NCBI GenBank assembly: GCA_963782055.1
Contig: CAWAIF010000002.1
Span: 492,581-556,580 of the forward strand
Direction: 5' to 3'
DNA length: 64,000 nucleotides
Source: an uncultured delta proteobacterium
Lineage (GTDB): Bacteria > Myxococcota_A > Polyangia > Polyangiales > Polyangiaceae
In this document: piece after piece, positions 38,716-48,678 of the stretch
Position numbering within the stretch: position 1 is the stretch's first letter
Layout: each line of letters opens with the position of its first letter
Notes under the pieces: generated by a model
Seen by the model: the letters and a program-made list of their open reading frames with translations, nothing else
What the model was told of the DNA's origin: nothing
Databases searched by the model: none
Made by a program: the position numbers and the translations under genes

Positions 38716-40437
38716 ATGAAGAAGCGAAGCTTGGTCGTGGTCGCCGGTGTCCTCCTCGTCGTCCTCATGGTCGTCGCGTCGATGAGCGCTTGCAGCAAGT
38801 CGCACGAAGGGGAGACCGTAGCCCGGTCGAGCGCCGCGATCACGCCGGAGAACGACGCGGGTGCGGGGACCACTGTCGCTGGACGGTCCACGCAAGAGCC
38901 GTCCGGCGCCTTCGCCAACGCGAGGGCTCTGGTCGTCGGGTTCAATACGAACATCAACAACGTTCAGAGTCAGGGCTGGGCCGTCTCCAACGACTTCGGG
39001 CTGAGCTTCCAGCGGCAGTGCGACTTCAACGGGACGAGTCTGTTGGCTGCGGATGCAGGCCCTTCCTGTGCTCCGGTGCCGATCCCCGTCAACTCGCACA
39101 TCCCGACGGGAAGCGACGGCGGCGAGATCTGGAAGTGGGCGGGCGATCCGACGGTGGTCGCCGACGGTAGAGGCGACGTGGCCTACGTGTCCATGGGGAA
39201 TCCATCGGTGGGCGCCAGCGGCGCGGACTTCGTCGCGGTCGCCGTGTCGCAGAACGGCGGGGGGAGCTGGGACTCCACGGTGATCGCCAACGACACCGGC
39301 TGCGGCAACGGCGTGCAGGATCAGCCCAACGCGGTCTTCGACTACACCACCGACCCGCCGACCCTCTGGGTGGTGTGGCGACACGCGGGCCTCGGAACGA
39401 TCGGTACCAGCGGTGCCTGCGTCCGCCGCGGCGTGGTGGACAAGTCAGGCGGCCCGGCGAAGATCCGGTGGCTCGACGATCCCCACACCGTCACCGGGTT
39501 GGCCAACGTCTACCAGTACGGCATGGCCATCGCGGCGGGCGACGGCGTCGTCACGGTGATGTACTCGAACGGGTTCACCTTCCTGCCGAACCTGGGCTCG
39601 TGCACCACCTGCTGTCCGGACAACGGCGGGCTGTTCACGATGAGCTTCGGGACCGTCGACTCTTTTGACGACGGCGCCACCTGGGACGACAACGCGCAGA
39701 TCTACTCCTCCCCCTCCTATCAGTGGTGCGTGATCGGGGGTGCCGCGGGCGTGCCGGGCAAGGGCAGCGTGCTGGCAGGTCTCAGGCCGTTCGGGCTGGT
39801 GCGCGCCCCCGGCGGCATGGAGTACGCCGTCATCCAGGACTCCCGCCACACCGCCCGCCTTTTCATGAGCCCCGCGGCGGGGCTGAAAGGCTACGAGGCG
39901 CCCACGACGACGATCCGCACCTGGTTCGAGTGGTGTCCGGGCACGCCCACGTCGAGCGTCGATGGTGGTCCGACGTCGAACTGGAAGAGCTCCGGCAGCG
40001 GAAGCGATCTTCCCCCGTGCGGCCGCCCCGCGATCGAGTCCGATCCGGGGAACACGGGACTCGATCTTGTGTTCCCCACCATCGCCGCCGACGGCCGCGG
40101 GAGCCTCGCGATCGGCAACGTGCAGCAGCTCACCAACGGCGTCGGGGCCCCGGTCACGGTGAACTACGCGATCCGCGGCATCGTCGACCCGCAGCGACCC
40201 GGCGCGGTGCTCCAGCCGCCCAGGTTTCTCAGCCCGGCGGGATTCCAGCTCCCCACGGGAGGCTTCTTCCGGCCGATCGGCGACTACGGCTGGATGGCGG
40301 TGCGCCCGAACGTGGCGTCTCCTCCGCTGAGCAAGCCGGGGTGCACGACCACCAACGACTTCTTCCCGCTGTACACCGCCAACGACGGCACGGGGGTCCC
40401 GGACATCATCACCCGCGGCTACTCCCTGACGCCATGA
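38716..40437 (+). CDS. Lipoprotein with Asp-box motifs, paralog of 36458-38068
   Basis: MSAC lipobox; SNDFGLSF, SQNGGGSW, SFDDGATW; shared QEPS, CxNGVQD, FDYTT, EWCPGTPT, PTIAADG blocks. Confidence 0.87.
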   Translation: MKKRSLVVVAGVLLVVLMVVASMSACSKSHEGETVARSSAAITPENDAGAGTTVAGRSTQEPSGAFANARALVVGFNTNINNVQSQGWAVSNDFGLSFQRQCDFNGTSLLAADAGPSCAPVPIPVNSHIPTGSDGGEIWKWAGDPTVVADGRGDVAYVSMGNPSVGASGADFVAVAVSQNGGGSWDSTVIANDTGCGNGVQDQPNAVFDYTTDPPTLWVVWRHAGLGTIGTSGACVRRGVVDKSGGPAKIRWLDDPHTVTGLANVYQYGMAIAAGDGVVTVMYSNGFTFLPNLGSCTTCCPDNGGLFTMSFGTVDSFDDGATWDDNAQIYSSPSYQWCVIGGAAGVPGKGSVLAGLRPFGLVRAPGGMEYAVIQDSRHTARLFMSPAAGLKGYEAPTTTIRTWFEWCPGTPTSSVDGGPTSNWKSSGSGSDLPPCGRPAIESDPGNTGLDLVFPTIAADGRGSLAIGNVQQLTNGVGAPVTVNYAIRGIVDPQRPGAVLQPPRFLSPAGFQLPTGGFFRPIGDYGWMAVRPNVASPPLSKPGCTTTNDFFPLYTANDGTGVPDIITRGYSLTP

Positions 40438-40895
40438 GACGCGCGCTCGCCGCAGGGCTCATCGCGAGCGTCGCCTTCCTCCCGCTGGCGAGCGGGTGCG
40501 GCGGGGGCTGCGGCGTCGTCGTCGACGTGGACCTGGACGTCCGCGGGGCGTCGAACACGCCCTGCACGGTCACCGTGGCGCACGGGGATCACACCGCGTC
40601 GTTCGATGTCGCCGCGCCGGATCCCCCCGTGGCGGACACCTCGCTCGCCCCCCGGCGCGCGATCAACGGCGGGACGTGCGGCGACACCGGCGTCGCGGTG
40701 ACGCCGAACACGAACGGACACGTCACGGCGACGCGCAGCGCGACCGACCTGTGCCTGTCGGTCGGCGACGTCCGTGACCTGAGCGAAACGCTCGGCGTCG
40801 ACTGCCCGTCCGGGGACTACACGATCACCCTGAGCTGCGCCGGCGCCGCGCTCTACGACCACGTCGCGTTGAACGTCTGCAGCTGCCAGGGCTGA
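40434..40895 (+). CDS. Cys-containing lipoprotein
   Basis: MRRALAAGLIASVAFLPLASGC; ATGA overlap with the upstream gene. Confidence 0.8.
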   Translation: MRRALAAGLIASVAFLPLASGCGGGCGVVVDVDLDVRGASNTPCTVTVAHGDHTASFDVAAPDPPVADTSLAPRRAINGGTCGDTGVAVTPNTNGHVTATRSATDLCLSVGDVRDLSETLGVDCPSGDYTITLSCAGAALYDHVALNVCSCQG

Positions 40896-40945
40896 AGACG
40901 CGCTCCAGCCGCGCGACGCCGGCCCGCCCACGCGGGACCTTCCAC

Positions 40946-41003
40946 AAAAGCAGAAACGGGAGGGACCCTCTTGCGATCGAGGGGCCTCCCGTCTCCTGGT
41001 TTT
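40946..41003. terminator. Putative bidirectional intrinsic terminator
   Basis: AAAA..ACGGGAGG-GA-CCCTC-loop-GAGGG-G-CCTCCCGT..TTTT between convergent genes. Confidence 0.65.
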
Positions 41004-41230
41004 CGGTTCGCGCGTGACGCTCAGTGGGACACGCCGTTCAGCGAGAGCAGGGCCGGCTGCGCAGACCCGTTCGTGCCGTTCGTGGTCGCCGCCGGCGGGG
41101 GCGCCGGTGTCGCCGCGGGCGCGGCCGCGGCCTCCGGTGCGGGGGCGAGGTCCACCACCACCCCGTGGACGCTCGCCTTCTGCCGCGGGCCCATCGTGTG
41201 GCGCGCGGCGCGCGTGGCCCGGGACGGACG

Positions 41231-41611
41231 TCAGAACCGACCCGCGACGCCGTTCACCGTCAGCCACACGGCCGCGTCGTCCTCGTGGTGCCGGTGCTTC
41301 GCCCCGAGGTACACGAGCGGGATGCCCGCCGCGATCGCCAGCGCGCCCGCCACCACGCCGGCGGTGAGCCCGGCGATCATGCCGGTGTTGTGCGTGGGGG
41401 GCGCGCAGCCCCATTGGGAGCAGGCGGGGCTGGGATTGGAGAACACGTAGAGGATGGGCGTGGTGATCGCGACCGTGACCGTGCCGACGGTCAGGAGTCC
41501 GATACCGCTGACGACCATCGCCGGGCTCCGCATCCCGTGGTCGTCCGCGTGCGCGAGGGTGGGGACGGTCAGCGCGCCGAGGAGGAGACAGGCCTGCAGG
41601 ATCCGCCGCAT
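41231..41611 (-). CDS. Small exported/membrane protein
   Basis: Signal peptide ...LAHA-DD; two hydrophobic segments; C-terminal GVAGRF. Confidence 0.7.
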   Translation of the reverse strand: MRRILQACLLLGALTVPTLAHADDHGMRSPAMVVSGIGLLTVGTVTVAITTPILYVFSNPSPACSQWGCAPPTHNTGMIAGLTAGVVAGALAIAAGIPLVYLGAKHRHHEDDAAVWLTVNGVAGRF

Positions 41612-41748
41612 GCAGAAAGCGTAGCACGGCTCTGGGAAGTAGCTGCCCATCGCCCGCGAGGAGAACCCGAAGGCGAGGCGACAGAGCGACGTCGCGCGCT
41701 CGGCTGGCCGGCACGCAGAAGCTGTTGGCCTGAGGGATGCGCGCAGGC

Positions 41749-42843
41749 CTATCGGGTGAACGCCGACCACGCGACAGCGCGGACCCAGTTCCCGACGCCC
41801 GTGTTGGAGAATGTGACGAGCGCGCCGCCGACGACCCAAAGAACCTTCCGGCTCGTCATCACGCGCTCGGCGACGCCCCTTGCCGACTCACCCGCGACAT
41901 ACCAGACGAGTGCGTTGGTCGCCAGGAGCACTACGGAGACGGCCATCGCTGCAACAAGCACCACCTCGATCGCGTTCGTGGGAAGCGCGAAAAGGAACAC
42001 CTCGGCGAGCCACTGCACGTGCATCGTCTCCGCGATCATGGCGAAGGGCGCGACGATGATCGCGATGGCGGCAATGGTGAGTATGCCGAGCTTGAGCATC
42101 AGCCACGCCACGTCTCCCCCGCGGAGAGCCGCCCGAAGCACCGCGCGGACGACGGCTACCAGCGCCGAGTCGCACGCGATGCCGACGACGAGACCGGCCA
42201 CGAGGAGTAGCAGCTGGTGGTTGCCGCCGATCCCAAGCTTGATGCACGTCCAGAGCATGCTCACCATGAGCCGGAGTGCTTTGCTCCCGAACACGACGAG
42301 CGCAATCGCCGTAATCCACCCGCGAGGCCGGTGCTGTCCCAGTAAGGACGGGACGAGCGCCAGCCCGAGGAAGGCGAGGGCAAGGTAGGAGAACACTGCG
42401 AACCCCATCCGCACCTTCGCAGGCGTCAAGCCCTTCGTGGCGACGTCGCTTGCCATCTTCGCGAGCGCGGCCTGCTTTGCCGGGTCGGCTGGGTGGTACA
42501 CGTGTGGGAGCGCGACGACCACCGCGAGGAGGCAAAGCAGGGCAACGGCGCCGGATGCGCAAGAGAGCATCCATGCCCCCCAAAGGCTGCGCATCGACAG
42601 GACCTTCTTCATGCCGAAGACGTGGTCCAGGAAGAGGAGCGTCTGCCGACAGACGGCACGGCCCAGCACGCGAAGCTGCTTCGTGATGTGGCGTTCCCCC
42701 GCGCGCCTGACGTCTGCCCGGGCTTTGTCGACAGCGGCCTTGGCAGACGCGAGGTGGGCATCGGTTCCAAAGACTGTGAGCCAGAGAAGTAGCAGGCCGA
42801 TCACGAGCTTGAAGTAGTGCCAAGCTGCAGCGAGATGGGGCAT
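41749..42843 (-). CDS. Hypothetical polytopic membrane protein
   Basis: About 8 hydrophobic segments; less GC3-biased codons than the core genes. Confidence 0.7.
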   Translation of the reverse strand: MPHLAAAWHYFKLVIGLLLLWLTVFGTDAHLASAKAAVDKARADVRRAGERHITKQLRVLGRAVCRQTLLFLDHVFGMKKVLSMRSLWGAWMLSCASGAVALLCLLAVVVALPHVYHPADPAKQAALAKMASDVATKGLTPAKVRMGFAVFSYLALAFLGLALVPSLLGQHRPRGWITAIALVVFGSKALRLMVSMLWTCIKLGIGGNHQLLLLVAGLVVGIACDSALVAVVRAVLRAALRGGDVAWLMLKLGILTIAAIAIIVAPFAMIAETMHVQWLAEVFLFALPTNAIEVVLVAAMAVSVVLLATNALVWYVAGESARGVAERVMTSRKVLWVVGGALVTFSNTGVGNWVRAVAWSAFTR

Positions 42844-42994
42844 GGCCAGCAGGGACGTGGGGGGGCACCTGTTTCTGGTTTCTGACGCACGGCGCCGCTC
42901 TGTCGCGCGCCCAACCTGCAGGTTTCGTCCAACTGGGGTGCTCGCCTGCTGTACTCTGTTTGCCTGGGCGGACCCCGTCCGGCCCGCGCCCGCC

Positions 42995-45900
42995 GTGACC
43001 CCCACCCCGTCGCCCAACTTCGCCTACCTCGCGCATCACGACGCGCGGCTCGTCGCGCTCGCGACCCAGGCGGAGGAGCACTTCGCGGGGGACCCGACCG
43101 TCACCCTATTCAAGCTGCGCCAGTTCGGGGAGGTGCTCGCGCAGCGCGCGGCCGCGAAGACGGGCGTGTTCGTGCCGGACGAGGGGCAGCACCAGCTCAT
43201 CGATCGGCTCTTCGAGCGCGGCGTGATCGGGGCCATGCAGCGGTCCCTGTTCCACGACCTGCGCCGCATCGGCAACGCCGCCGTGCACGACGGCGCCGGC
43301 GATCACCGCGAGGCGCTGCACCAGCTCCGGATGGCGCGCGAGCTGGCGGTCTGGTTTCAGCGCAGTTTCGGCAACAACCGCAGGTTCGATCCCGGCCCAT
43401 TCGTGCCGCCGCCGGAGCCGAGGAAGGCGGAGTCGGGGCTGCACGAGGAGCTGACGCGGCTGCGCGGCGAGATGGACGCGCGCCACAAGGATCTGGAGGC
43501 GGCGCAGCAGGCCATCGAGGAGGCGCGGAAGGCAGCGGACGCCGAGGCCGCCGCCAAGCTGAGCGCGGAGGAGCGGGCGGCGAAGACGGCGGAGGAGCTG
43601 GCCATCTGGGAGAACCTGGCGAGCGAGGAGCTGCAGACGCATCGCGACACCGCGAAGGCCGCCGTGCAGCGGAGCGCCGCGCTGGAGGAGCAGAACCGGA
43701 AGCTCCTCGCCGAGCTCGCCGCGGCGCAGGCCGCCGCGCAGGCGATGCCCGCCCGGCAGCTCGCCGCCACCATCGCGCAGGCCTCCGCCGCCAGCGAGGC
43801 CACCCAGCTCGACGAGGCGGCCACCCGCAAGCTGATCGATCGCCAGCTCCGTGACGCCGGCTGGGAGGCGGACTCCGAGCTGCTCACCTACGAGCGGGGC
43901 GTGCGCCCCACCAAGGGGAAGAACCTCGCCATCGCCGAGTGGCCCACCTTCGCGGACGGCAAGGAGGGGTGGGCGGACTACGTGCTCTTCGCCGGCCTGC
44001 AGGCGGTCGCCGTCGTCGAGGCGAAGCGCAAGCACAAGGACGTGATGGGGGTCATCCCGCAGGCGAAGCGCTACTCCGCGGGCTACGTCGTGCGCGGCGC
44101 GGAGTTCCTCCCGGAGGGGAGCCCGTGGGGCGCGCTCAAGGTGCCCTTCCTCTTCGCCACCAACGGCCGCCCCTACCTCCGACAGTTCCGGCAGAAGAGC
44201 GGTATCTGGTTTCTGGACGCGCGCCGGTCGCAGAACCATCCCGTCCCGCTGGAGGGCTGGTACACGCCGGAGGGCCTGGTCGATCTGCTGCGCCAGGACG
44301 TCGACGCGGCGTACGCCAGGCTCAAGGTCGAGCCGATGCCGTACGTCGACCGCGACTACCAGCGCAACACCATCCTCGCGGTGGAGAAGGGCCTGGAGGA
44401 GGGCAAGCGCGAGCTGCTCGTCGCCATGGCGACCGGCACCGGCAAGACGCGCACCTGCATCGGCCTCTGCTACCGCCTCCTGAAGACCAAGCGCTTCCGC
44501 CGCGTGCTCTTCCTCGTCGACCGCAACGCCCTCGGCAAGCAGGCGGGCGACGCGCTCAAGGATCTGCGCCTGGAGAACCTGCAGACCTTCACCGACATCT
44601 TCAACGTGAAGGAGCTCGGCGATCTGAAGCCGGACCGGGAGACCAGGCTGCAGATCGCGACCATCCAGGCGATGGTCAAGCGCGTGCTCGGGCCGCACGA
44701 GGAGGGGAGCGAGCCGGAGATCCCGTCCGTCGACCAGTACGACTGCATCGTCGTGGACGAGTGCCACCGCGGCTACCTCCTCGACCGGGAGCTGTCCGAC
44801 CGCGAGCTCCTCTTCCGCGACGAGGAGGACTACATCTCCAAGTACCGCCGCGTGCTCGACCACTTCGACGCCGTGAAGGTCGGCCTCACCGCCACCCCGG
44901 CCCTCCACACCAAGGAGATCTTCGGCGCCCCCGTCTTCTCGTACTCGTACCGCGAGGCGGTGGTGGACGGCTTCCTCGTCGATCACGAGCCGCCCATCCG
45001 GATCGTGACCAAGCTCGGGCAGGACGGCATCCACTACCAGGCGCACGAGGAGGTGCTGGTGCTGGACCGCTCCACGATGCAGACGAAGAAGGAGGAGCTG
45101 CCCGACGAGGTGCAGTTCGACGTCGACGCCTTCAACCGCCGCGTCATCACCGAGAACTTCAACCGTGCGGTGCTCGCGGAGCTGGTCAACCACATCGATC
45201 CGGAGCAGGACGAGAAGACCCTCGTCTTCTGCGCCACCGACGAGCACGCCGACATGGTGGTGGGCCTGCTCAAGGAGGCGCTCACCAAGAAGTTCGGGGA
45301 GGTGGACGACGAGGCGGTCGCCAAGATCACCGGCGCCACCGACCGGCCGCTCGAGGCCATCCGCCGCTACCGCAACGAGCGCTACCCCAACATCGCCGTC
45401 ACCGTGGACCTGCTCACCACCGGCATCGACGTGCCGCGCATCGCCAACCTGGTGTTTTTGCGCCGGGTGCGCAGCCGCATCCTCTACGAGCAGATGATCG
45501 GCCGCGCGACCCGCCTCTGCGAGGACATCGGCAAGGAGCGCTTCCGCATCTTCGACGCCGTCGACCTCTACTCCGCCCTCAAGGACGTGACCGACATGAA
45601 GCCGGTCGTCGTCAACCCGACCGTCACCTTCGAGCAGCTGGTGAAGGAGATCGTGGAGGGCAAGGAGGACGAGTTCCGCCGCGCCGCGATCGGGGAGCTG
45701 CTCGCCAAGCTGCACGGCAAGCACCGCGCCTTCAAGGGCGAGGCGGAGGAGCGCTTCCAGACCGCCGCGGGCATGGGCCTCAAGGACCTGGCGCAGATGC
45801 TCAAGACCGCCACCGTGGGCGCCGCCGCCGACTACCTCGCCGCGCACGCGGAGCTCGCGCCCTTCCTGGACCGCACCACCGGCGCCGGCGGCTACAAGGT

Positions 45901-46474
45901 GATCGTCTCGGAGTCCGCCGACGAGCTGCGCGAGGTCACGCGCGGCTACGGCAAGCACGGCAGCCGCCGCCCCGGCGACTACCTCGAGGCGTTCCGCGCC
46001 TTCGTGGAGACCAACCTGAACAAGATGCCGGCGCTCCTGGTGGTGACGCAGCGCCCGCGCGAGCTGACGCGCGAGGATCTGCGCCAGCTCAAGCTCCTGC
46101 TCGATCAGGAGGGCTTCAACGAGAAGGCCGTCCAGACCGCGTGGCGCGAGCAGAAGAACGAGGACATCGCCGCCACCATCGTCGGCTACATCCGCCAGCT
46201 CGCCCTCGGCTCACCCCTCGTCCCCTACGCCGAGCGCGTGGACCACGCCCTGGCGCGCATCCGGAAGAAGCACAAGTTCACCGACATGCAGGCCAAGTGG
46301 CTGGAGCGCATCGCCAAGCAGGTGAAGCTGGAGACCGTGGTGGACCGCGCGTCACTGGACGCCGGCCAGTTCAAGGCGGACGGCGGGTTCGCCAGGTTGA
46401 ACAAGGTGTTCGACGGCAAGCTGGAGGGACTCCTCGGCGAGCTGGCGGACGAGGTATGGAGGGATGCAGGATGA
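42995..46474 (+). CDS. hsdR: Type I restriction enzyme R subunit (EcoKI-like)
   Basis: ADYVLF..VVEAK nuclease motif, MATGTGKT, DECHRG, GLTATP, LLTTGIDVP, QMIGRATR. Confidence 0.96.
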   Translation: MTPTPSPNFAYLAHHDARLVALATQAEEHFAGDPTVTLFKLRQFGEVLAQRAAAKTGVFVPDEGQHQLIDRLFERGVIGAMQRSLFHDLRRIGNAAVHDGAGDHREALHQLRMARELAVWFQRSFGNNRRFDPGPFVPPPEPRKAESGLHEELTRLRGEMDARHKDLEAAQQAIEEARKAADAEAAAKLSAEERAAKTAEELAIWENLASEELQTHRDTAKAAVQRSAALEEQNRKLLAELAAAQAAAQAMPARQLAATIAQASAASEATQLDEAATRKLIDRQLRDAGWEADSELLTYERGVRPTKGKNLAIAEWPTFADGKEGWADYVLFAGLQAVAVVEAKRKHKDVMGVIPQAKRYSAGYVVRGAEFLPEGSPWGALKVPFLFATNGRPYLRQFRQKSGIWFLDARRSQNHPVPLEGWYTPEGLVDLLRQDVDAAYARLKVEPMPYVDRDYQRNTILAVEKGLEEGKRELLVAMATGTGKTRTCIGLCYRLLKTKRFRRVLFLVDRNALGKQAGDALKDLRLENLQTFTDIFNVKELGDLKPDRETRLQIATIQAMVKRVLGPHEEGSEPEIPSVDQYDCIVVDECHRGYLLDRELSDRELLFRDEEDYISKYRRVLDHFDAVKVGLTATPALHTKEIFGAPVFSYSYREAVVDGFLVDHEPPIRIVTKLGQDGIHYQAHEEVLVLDRSTMQTKKEELPDEVQFDVDAFNRRVITENFNRAVLAELVNHIDPEQDEKTLVFCATDEHADMVVGLLKEALTKKFGEVDDEAVAKITGATDRPLEAIRRYRNERYPNIAVTVDLLTTGIDVPRIANLVFLRRVRSRILYEQMIGRATRLCEDIGKERFRIFDAVDLYSALKDVTDMKPVVVNPTVTFEQLVKEIVEGKEDEFRRAAIGELLAKLHGKHRAFKGEAEERFQTAAGMGLKDLAQMLKTATVGAAADYLAAHAELAPFLDRTTGAGGYKVIVSESADELREVTRGYGKHGSRRPGDYLEAFRAFVETNLNKMPALLVVTQRPRELTREDLRQLKLLLDQEGFNEKAVQTAWREQKNEDIAATIVGYIRQLALGSPLVPYAERVDHALARIRKKHKFTDMQAKWLERIAKQVKLETVVDRASLDAGQFKADGGFARLNKVFDGKLEGLLGELADEVWRDAG

Positions 46475-47238
46475 GGCGAGCTGACGACGAGCGGCTGGAT
46501 GCCACGAAGCTGGTGCGTGAAGAGTGCGATCGCGTGCTCAGCGGCTACATGAAGGACCCGTGGCGATGGCCGCGCGAGTCGGATCTCGTCGCCGACATGG
46601 TCATGTCGATGCAGAAGGCCATGGGGGAGCACGCTCGTGTGACTGCCGAGCGGGAGACACCCGGGCTTCAGTCCGGCCGGTCGGCGGTTACGGTGCCACG
46701 CGTGCGCACCGAGGTTAAGCCGGGAGGGAACGCGAAGAAGGTGGACATCGGGGTGCTCGGGGCTCCCCAGGTGAAGGTGTACCTCCACGGCAACGGCGCC
46801 CGAGACGTGGTTCTTCAAGTTGACGAGGCTGATCTCTCGGCCATCGTCGAGGTGAAGCTGGAACCCGGGCTCACCCAGGATGGTTGGCTCGCGGATGTGC
46901 GGAAGCTAGTCGGCTTCCCGGCCGCAGGCTTCCGCGTGGCCCTGTGGATCGACACGAGTCTGCCGCTTCCGGCGGTAGACGTCTGGTACAAGCACTTGAA
47001 GAGGGTCTCGGGCCGCAACGAAGAGTTCCCCGTCTGGCCTTTGCGTTCCGAGGCATTCACCGTCCGAGTGCCCGGGACCGACCTATTGCGCTTCGAGCCG
47101 GTGACGCAGCCCGATGGGTACGGGGTCTACCTAGCGGGCCTCGGGCTGAAGAAGTCCGTCTTGGTAGAGCAATTCACGAGCGTGCTGCCACACGACGCAG
47201 TGTCGCCGTGCTGGTGGAGAGTGGAAGGGAGCGCGTAG
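46471..47238 (+). CDS. Hypothetical PD-(D/E)xK-like nuclease inserted between hsdR and hsdM
   Basis: ATGA overlap with hsdR; RESDL...RTEV...KVDIGV...AIVEVK...ADVRKL pattern. Confidence 0.6.
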   Translation: MRRADDERLDATKLVREECDRVLSGYMKDPWRWPRESDLVADMVMSMQKAMGEHARVTAERETPGLQSGRSAVTVPRVRTEVKPGGNAKKVDIGVLGAPQVKVYLHGNGARDVVLQVDEADLSAIVEVKLEPGLTQDGWLADVRKLVGFPAAGFRVALWIDTSLPLPAVDVWYKHLKRVSGRNEEFPVWPLRSEAFTVRVPGTDLLRFEPVTQPDGYGVYLAGLGLKKSVLVEQFTSVLPHDAVSPCWWRVEGSA

Positions 47239-47253
47239 CGTTCCGGAGTAGAG

Positions 47254-48678
47254 ATGCCCAACACCCAAGACATCGTCCAGAAGCTCTGGAACCAGTGCCA
47301 CATCCTCCGGGACGACGGCATCACCTACCACGAGTACGTGACCGAGCTGACGTACCTGCTCTTCCTCAAGATGGCGAAGGAGACGGGTATGGAGAAGCCG
47401 ATCCCGCAGCGCTATCGCTGGGACGAGCTCGTCAAGCGAGAGGGCACGGACCTCCTCAAGTTCTACAAGGAGCTGCTGCTCGAGCTCGGTAGCGAGGGAG
47501 GTGGCCGCGTGCAGGCGATCTACGCCAACGCCTCCACCGCCTTCCGGCAGCCGCGCCACTTGCACACGGTGGTCCAGAACATCGACGCGCTCGACTGGTA
47601 CAGCGCCAAGTCGGAGGGCCTCGGCGATCTCTACGAGGGCCTGCTCGAGAAGAACGCCGAGGAGACCAAGAGCGGCGCCGGCCAGTACTTCACCCCGCGC
47701 CCGCTCATCGAGTGCATGGTCGCCCTGATCAAGCCCCAGCCCGGAGAGCGCGTGCAGGATCCGGCGGTCGGCACCGGCGGCTTCCTCATCAACGCCGACC
47801 GCTACGTGCGGTCGATGACGGACGACTACCACGACCTCCCCGTCGCCAAGCAGAACTTCCAGCGCCACGAGGCCTTCTACGGCGTCGAGCTCGTCCCCGA
47901 CGTCCAGCGCCTCGCCCTGATGAACGCGATGCTCCACGACATCCAGGGCAACATCCTCCTCGGCGACACCCTCGGCCCGACCGGCGCCAAGCTCCCGAAG
48001 GCCGACGTCATCCTCACCAACCCCCCCTTCGGCACCAAGAAGGGCGGCGGCGGCCCCACGCGCGACGACATCACCTTCCCCACGAGCAACAAGCAGCTCG
48101 TCTTCCTCCAGCACATCTACCGCGGCCTCAAGCCCGGCGGCCGCGCCGCGGTCGTCCTCCCCGACAACGTCCTCTTCGAGGAGGGCGTCGGCCAGCGCGT
48201 CCGCGCCGACCTGATGGACAAGGCCGATCTCCACACCATCCTGCGCCTCCCGACGGGCATCTTCTACGCCCAGGGCGTCAAGACCAACGTCCTCTTCTTC
48301 ACCCGCGGCGAGAAGGACAAGGCCAACACCAAGGCCGTCTGGTTCTACGACATGCGGACCAACAGCCCCTCCTTCGGCAAGCGCACCCCCCTCACCCGCG
48401 CCCACTTCGCCGACTTCGAGAAGTCCTACGGCCCCGACCCCCTCGGCAAGAGCAAGCGCAAGGACCAGGGCGAAACCGGCCGCTTCCGCAAGTTCACCCG
48501 CGACGACATCGCCAAGCGCGGCGACAACCTGGACATCACCTGGCTGAAGGACGACAGCGTGACCGACCACGCCGACCTCCCGGAGCCGGAGGAGATCGCC
48601 GCGCAGATCGTGGCGCAGCTTCAGACCGCGCTGGAGGAGATGCAGGCGTTGCAGGAAGAGCTTGGGGGCGACGTTTGA
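47254..48678 (+). CDS. hsdM: Type I R-M N6-adenine methyltransferase M subunit
   Basis: GQYFTPR, DPAVGTGGF, NPPF, LRLPTGIFY. Confidence 0.97.
   Translation: MPNTQDIVQKLWNQCHILRDDGITYHEYVTELTYLLFLKMAKETGMEKPIPQRYRWDELVKREGTDLLKFYKELLLELGSEGGGRVQAIYANASTAFRQPRHLHTVVQNIDALDWYSAKSEGLGDLYEGLLEKNAEETKSGAGQYFTPRPLIECMVALIKPQPGERVQDPAVGTGGFLINADRYVRSMTDDYHDLPVAKQNFQRHEAFYGVELVPDVQRLALMNAMLHDIQGNILLGDTLGPTGAKLPKADVILTNPPFGTKKGGGGPTRDDITFPTSNKQLVFLQHIYRGLKPGGRAAVVLPDNVLFEEGVGQRVRADLMDKADLHTILRLPTGIFYAQGVKTNVLFFTRGEKDKANTKAVWFYDMRTNSPSFGKRTPLTRAHFADFEKSYGPDPLGKSKRKDQGETGRFRKFTRDDIAKRGDNLDITWLKDDSVTDHADLPEPEEIAAQIVAQLQTALEEMQALQEELGGDV

Noticed and set aside
41021..41194. 57-aa minus-strand ORF MGPRQKASVHGVVVDLAPAP...
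   Set aside because: Short and low complexity with no recognisable motif; possible but unsupported.
43106..45958. Long antisense and alternative-frame ORFs over hsdR, and similar ones over POP, gltA and the kinases
   Set aside because: Typical high-GC stop-poor shadows with no motifs, overlapping well-supported genes.
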